NCBI GenBank assembly: GCA_965178125.1
Contig: OZ237769.1
Location: forward strand, 248,001 to 312,000
Direction of reading: 5' to 3'
Source: Bilabrum cf. latius
Taxonomy: Eukaryota
Length of the DNA stretch: 64,000 nucleotides
Below, one piece after another: positions 60,816-64,000 of this stretch; the first letter of the stretch is position 1; the number at the start of each line of letters is the position of its first letter. The notes beneath the pieces were generated by a model that saw only the letters and a program-made list of their open reading frames with translations, searched no databases and was not told the origin of the DNA. A program made the translations under genes and the position numbers.

Positions 60816-63083
60816 TTAGATAAGAAAATACTCCTCCCCTTCGAGGCTGCTCCTCACAGATGCCTTGCTCGTCCCTTCCCCACCACTGCCGACGCCGGCA
60901 GCCTCCGCCCCCGCGCCGGCCGCCAGAGCACCCCCCGGATCGGCACCCGCACCCGCGCTCGGCTTCTTTCCTTTCATCGGCGTGCTAGACTCATCCAGGG
61001 CCTTGTTCCCTGCTTTCAGCAGCGCGTCCAGCTCTCCCTCCCAGCCTAGCTCTCGAGCAAGTGCTCGGCACGACTCGTCGCAACTGCCCAGAACCACGGC
61101 GTCTCTCTCCTCGCTGAAATCGCCCACTTTGTCCAGGTTAAACAGGGCCCGGGAGGTCCCTGGGAGCACCATCTCCGGCAGGGAACACACGGGGGCCACC
61201 TTCAGAGACGTGCCCATCACAATGAACAGATCGCTGCCGCCCGACTCACGCCGCAGCTCCCGCAAGTCGAAGGGGCCGCCCGCAAGAGCGGCGCGCACGG
61301 CCGCTGGGTCGCTGCCGCCACTGCGCGGCGCCGGTGCCGCACCCTCCCCGTCCCTGCCGGTGAGGAGTCGCACCAGGTCGCACTGTTCCCCGCACAACTC
61401 GGAATCGTTTCTCACGTCGGCTAGGCATGCCCGCCAGGAGTACTCGTCGGCTGGGACGGTGCGAGCCCTGGCCGCAAGCTCTCTGATCCGCGGGTCACTC
61501 GTCACACCGGTCCGCACGGCCTCGGTCACGACGGGGAGGATCGCCTCCAGGAGCTTCCCCTGGGCTTCCTTGGACTTGTTCACGAACGTTCGTCGGGCCC
61601 GGACGAAGTCTCGCTGGATGCAGTCGTGGAATGAGTCTGGCAGTCCCTCGCCGAAGAAGACGATGTCCGGCTTGGGCGTCGATCCGCACTCCTTGCACCG
61701 AGGCAGCTTGTCCGTATCAAGGAACCTTCGCTCGAGTTCGTCCAAGTCGACCTCCCGGTTGCAACCGGTGCAGTGGGCCCCGCTCATGCCCCCGTGGCAC
61801 TGCATCAGCACGTCCCCTCTGCGAGGAATGCCGGCCTTGTGCTCCAAGCTGTCAATGTTCTGCGTGTAGATCCGCTTGATCAGGCCCTTGTCAAGCAAGA
61901 GCCTTTGGAAATAGTGGCACACAGTTGGCCGCGGACTTGCGCTGGAAAAGAGCATCGTTTTGGCACGCTCGTAGAACGGGCGGGGGCTTTTATGAGTGAA
62001 GAACCGGATGGAGAAAAGATCTTCCGGGGCCGTCATCCCCCCGGGCAGCCCCTCTTTCCTGAGCTGCTCGTACAGTCCACCTTTAGACCGGAAATCGGGA
62101 ATACCCGCCGACACGCTCACCCCCGCGCCCGTCAGCAGAGTCACGCTCTTTACGTCGCCTGCGCGCACCGCCTTTGCGATTCCGGGTAGATCCATCCCAT
62201 GGGTCTCCAGGCATCCCCCCGGCGACAGGTGCATCGCACTGCTGAGCTGCAGCATGGCGCCGTTGCAGTGTGCCACGGCAATGTCCCTGACCCTTGCAGC
62301 CAGCACATCAGCGGGGAGCGAAGCGGGGGCGGGGGCAGCAACGGAAGGAGACGGCGATCCTGACGCGGCGCCGGTTCCGCTTGCAGCCAGACCCTCGTCA
62401 GAGCCCACGGCACCATCGCACGATCCACTCGGATCTGCACCTGCACCTGCCAATGCACCAGGACCATCGCCTGCACCTGCACCAGTCTCTGCGGCAGCTG
62501 CACTGACAATCGCTTCTCCGCCGGCTGGTGCCAGCCCTTCTGAATCGGAGCTGGCGGGGATGATCCCGGCCTGCCGCGCGGCTTGGACGAGCACGTTGCG
62601 CGGGTGCATCTGGCTGTCCGCGTCGGTCGCGTCACCTGCCCCGCCCTCGCCCTCGCCACCAAATTTGGCCTCGCAAAGAGCGTTCACCGAGGGCTGCGTG
62701 TAGTCCGATTCGATATAACTGTCGCATTCGAAGCACCACACGGACAGATCAAGAGCGGACACGGCGATCTGCCCCGCGTGCCTGCCCTCGCCCACTGCCT
62801 CACTGCCGCCCGCCGCTGCTCCCGGATCGGCACCGTACTTTTCTTCGTTAGCCGCCCTCAGCTCATGTGCTCGACGCAGCATGTGGCTCTTAGCGTACCG
62901 CGAGCACAGTACCTAGTGCGTTGACAGGTTGAACCAAACCTCTCCTTCGTGCCCGCATTCTTCGCATGGTTTTGCAACCAGCTCCCGTGCTTTGTCTGGT
63001 GAAATATCCCGAATGCCAGCTTCTGCAACATGCGGACAGTCACGTTTGACTTCAACCGCAAAACCTACCCCGAGGTCGACCAT
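60816..63083 (-). CDS. Class I sirtuin (NAD-dependent deacetylase) with an N-terminal ZnF-UBP domain, 755 aa
   Basis: ZnF-UBP: CPHV..PCEECG..VWFNLSTH*VLCSRYAKSHM..LSVWCFECDSYI. Sirtuin: GAGVSVSAGIPDFRS, YTQNIDSLE, CHG, CxxC/CxxC, KPDIVFFGE and GTSLKVAP. TAG at 62913; ends in TAA. Confidence 0.92.
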
Positions 63084-63260
63084 TGCAAAGCGCAGTTGCT
63101 GTTCTTGCCATTCTTTTCCTGGTTCGGTTGCTCTGGTTCCGCATTGAGCTGCGCGCGGCGCCATGTGAGCGGCACTGCACGCAACTTTCGAGTCGAGCGC
63201 GCAAAACCAGAGTTCACTTGGCTTGCTACCCCTCCACACTTTTGCACCCAAAGATCCAGA

Positions 63261-64000
63261 ATGATCGGATCTATTGCCCAGCTTATGGTTGTATCCGCTC
63301 TTGCAAGCGCCGCCATGGCCGCCAAGTGCAGCTGCAGGTGCGAGGGCTCCGCCGATACCGTGCTGGACGTCACCTCGTGCGGCATGTGCACGGAGGCTGT
63401 TTGCGGGCAGGCCGCGAGCTGCTCTGCTCCCACTGCCGTCTGTAAGTAACCGCACCATAGATGAAATATTTGCTGAAATTGATAGTTTCTGGCTTGTTGC
63501 ACGATTGTCTGCCGCAAACTCTGATCCAAGCACTGCTTGGCAAGGTGTTGTGAACACTCAAGATTATCTCGCTCTTGCTCGCTTGACGGCCCATTGAGCT
63601 AGCAAGGAAATGAATGCATTTTGATTCACAGCACAACTCACCCGGTCGCTTGCGAATTCTTGGAATTCGGTTTGGCCGTTCGACGTCCCGTCTGTTTCCT
63701 GCAACTATACGAACAACATGATCACTGGCCTCTGGCGCCGCCTATCCCACCATCTCCTCGCAGGCGATGCACTCAGCACTTCCATTGGATCCAGTTTCGG
63801 CCTTGGCAACAACTCGGGCAACGGCTCTGGCAACTCGACGAACGATGACATGATGGATGACGACGCGGCTGCTGCCGACGACGATGCCGCTCCCGGCAGC
63901 ACCATCGCAGTGTCTCTGTTCCGGTATAAGGGAAGGTACCTCCAGACCCAGTCTCAGACGACCCCGCCTATCACCTCAAAGCTCGATGGGTGAGCAGGTA
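63261..64000 (+). CDS. Probable secreted Cys-rich protein, multi-exon, incomplete
   Basis: Signal-like MIGSIAQLMVVSALASAAMA followed by a Cys-rich segment. Donor GTAAGT at 63442 and a phase-compatible acceptor at 63631 lead into the 63718 ORF frame. Confidence 0.45.

Noticed and set aside
1716-63083. Mass pseudogenisation, RIP-like mutation or sequencing error as the source of the TAGs
   Set aside because: These would also create TAA, TGA and frameshifts. Only TAG is seen, in varied contexts, within otherwise intact conserved genes.
1716-63083. A-to-I editing (UAG to Trp) or pyrrolysine decoding
   Set aside because: TAG aligns with Gln, sometimes Glu, and sits in polyQ tracts. I saw none at a conserved Trp or catalytic position.
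59133-63083. Sirtuin and LRR genes are in the same frame separated by a single TAA (60816), suggesting UAA readthrough or a fusion
   Set aside because: The 180 nt between them are AT-richer and look non-coding, the LRR gene has its own ATG at 60635, and there is no internal TAA elsewhere. Probably chance.

Overview
GC-rich, gene-dense eukaryotic nuclear DNA from a flagellated protist. It has GT-AG spliceosomal introns and genes for CFAP206, RPS23, presenilin and DMAP1. The style suggests a heterotrophic stramenopile, but that is only an impression. The main result is a non-standard nuclear genetic code. Almost every gene is split in the supplied ORF track by in-frame TAG codons (about 85 by manual count, over about 22 genes), whereas I found no internal TAA or TGA in those frames. 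Reading TAG as sense joins the fragments into complete proteins ending in TGA (about 20) or TAA (2). Poly-Gln tracts, internal repeats, a paralog pair and a conserved zinc-finger position indicate UAG = Gln with UAA/UGA as stops. With this code the window holds: a six-member mosaic tandem family of unknown proteins (1-15.6 kb); a gene ending in a PBCV basic-adaptor-like motif; an actin-related protein; a G3BP-like protein; a 2549-aa membrane protein; GH113; a pectinacetylesterase-like protein; CFAP206; a RING-CH ligase; presenilin; RPS23; DMAP1; a kinase; an FG-GAP surface protein; LRR proteins; and a ZnF-UBP-sirtuin. There is also a 2-kb direct duplication around a 6.8-kb block, and two strongly over-represented dispersed 9-mers (GTGACGAGT, TGCATCGCA). 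All protein identities come from motif recognition by eye, not database searches.
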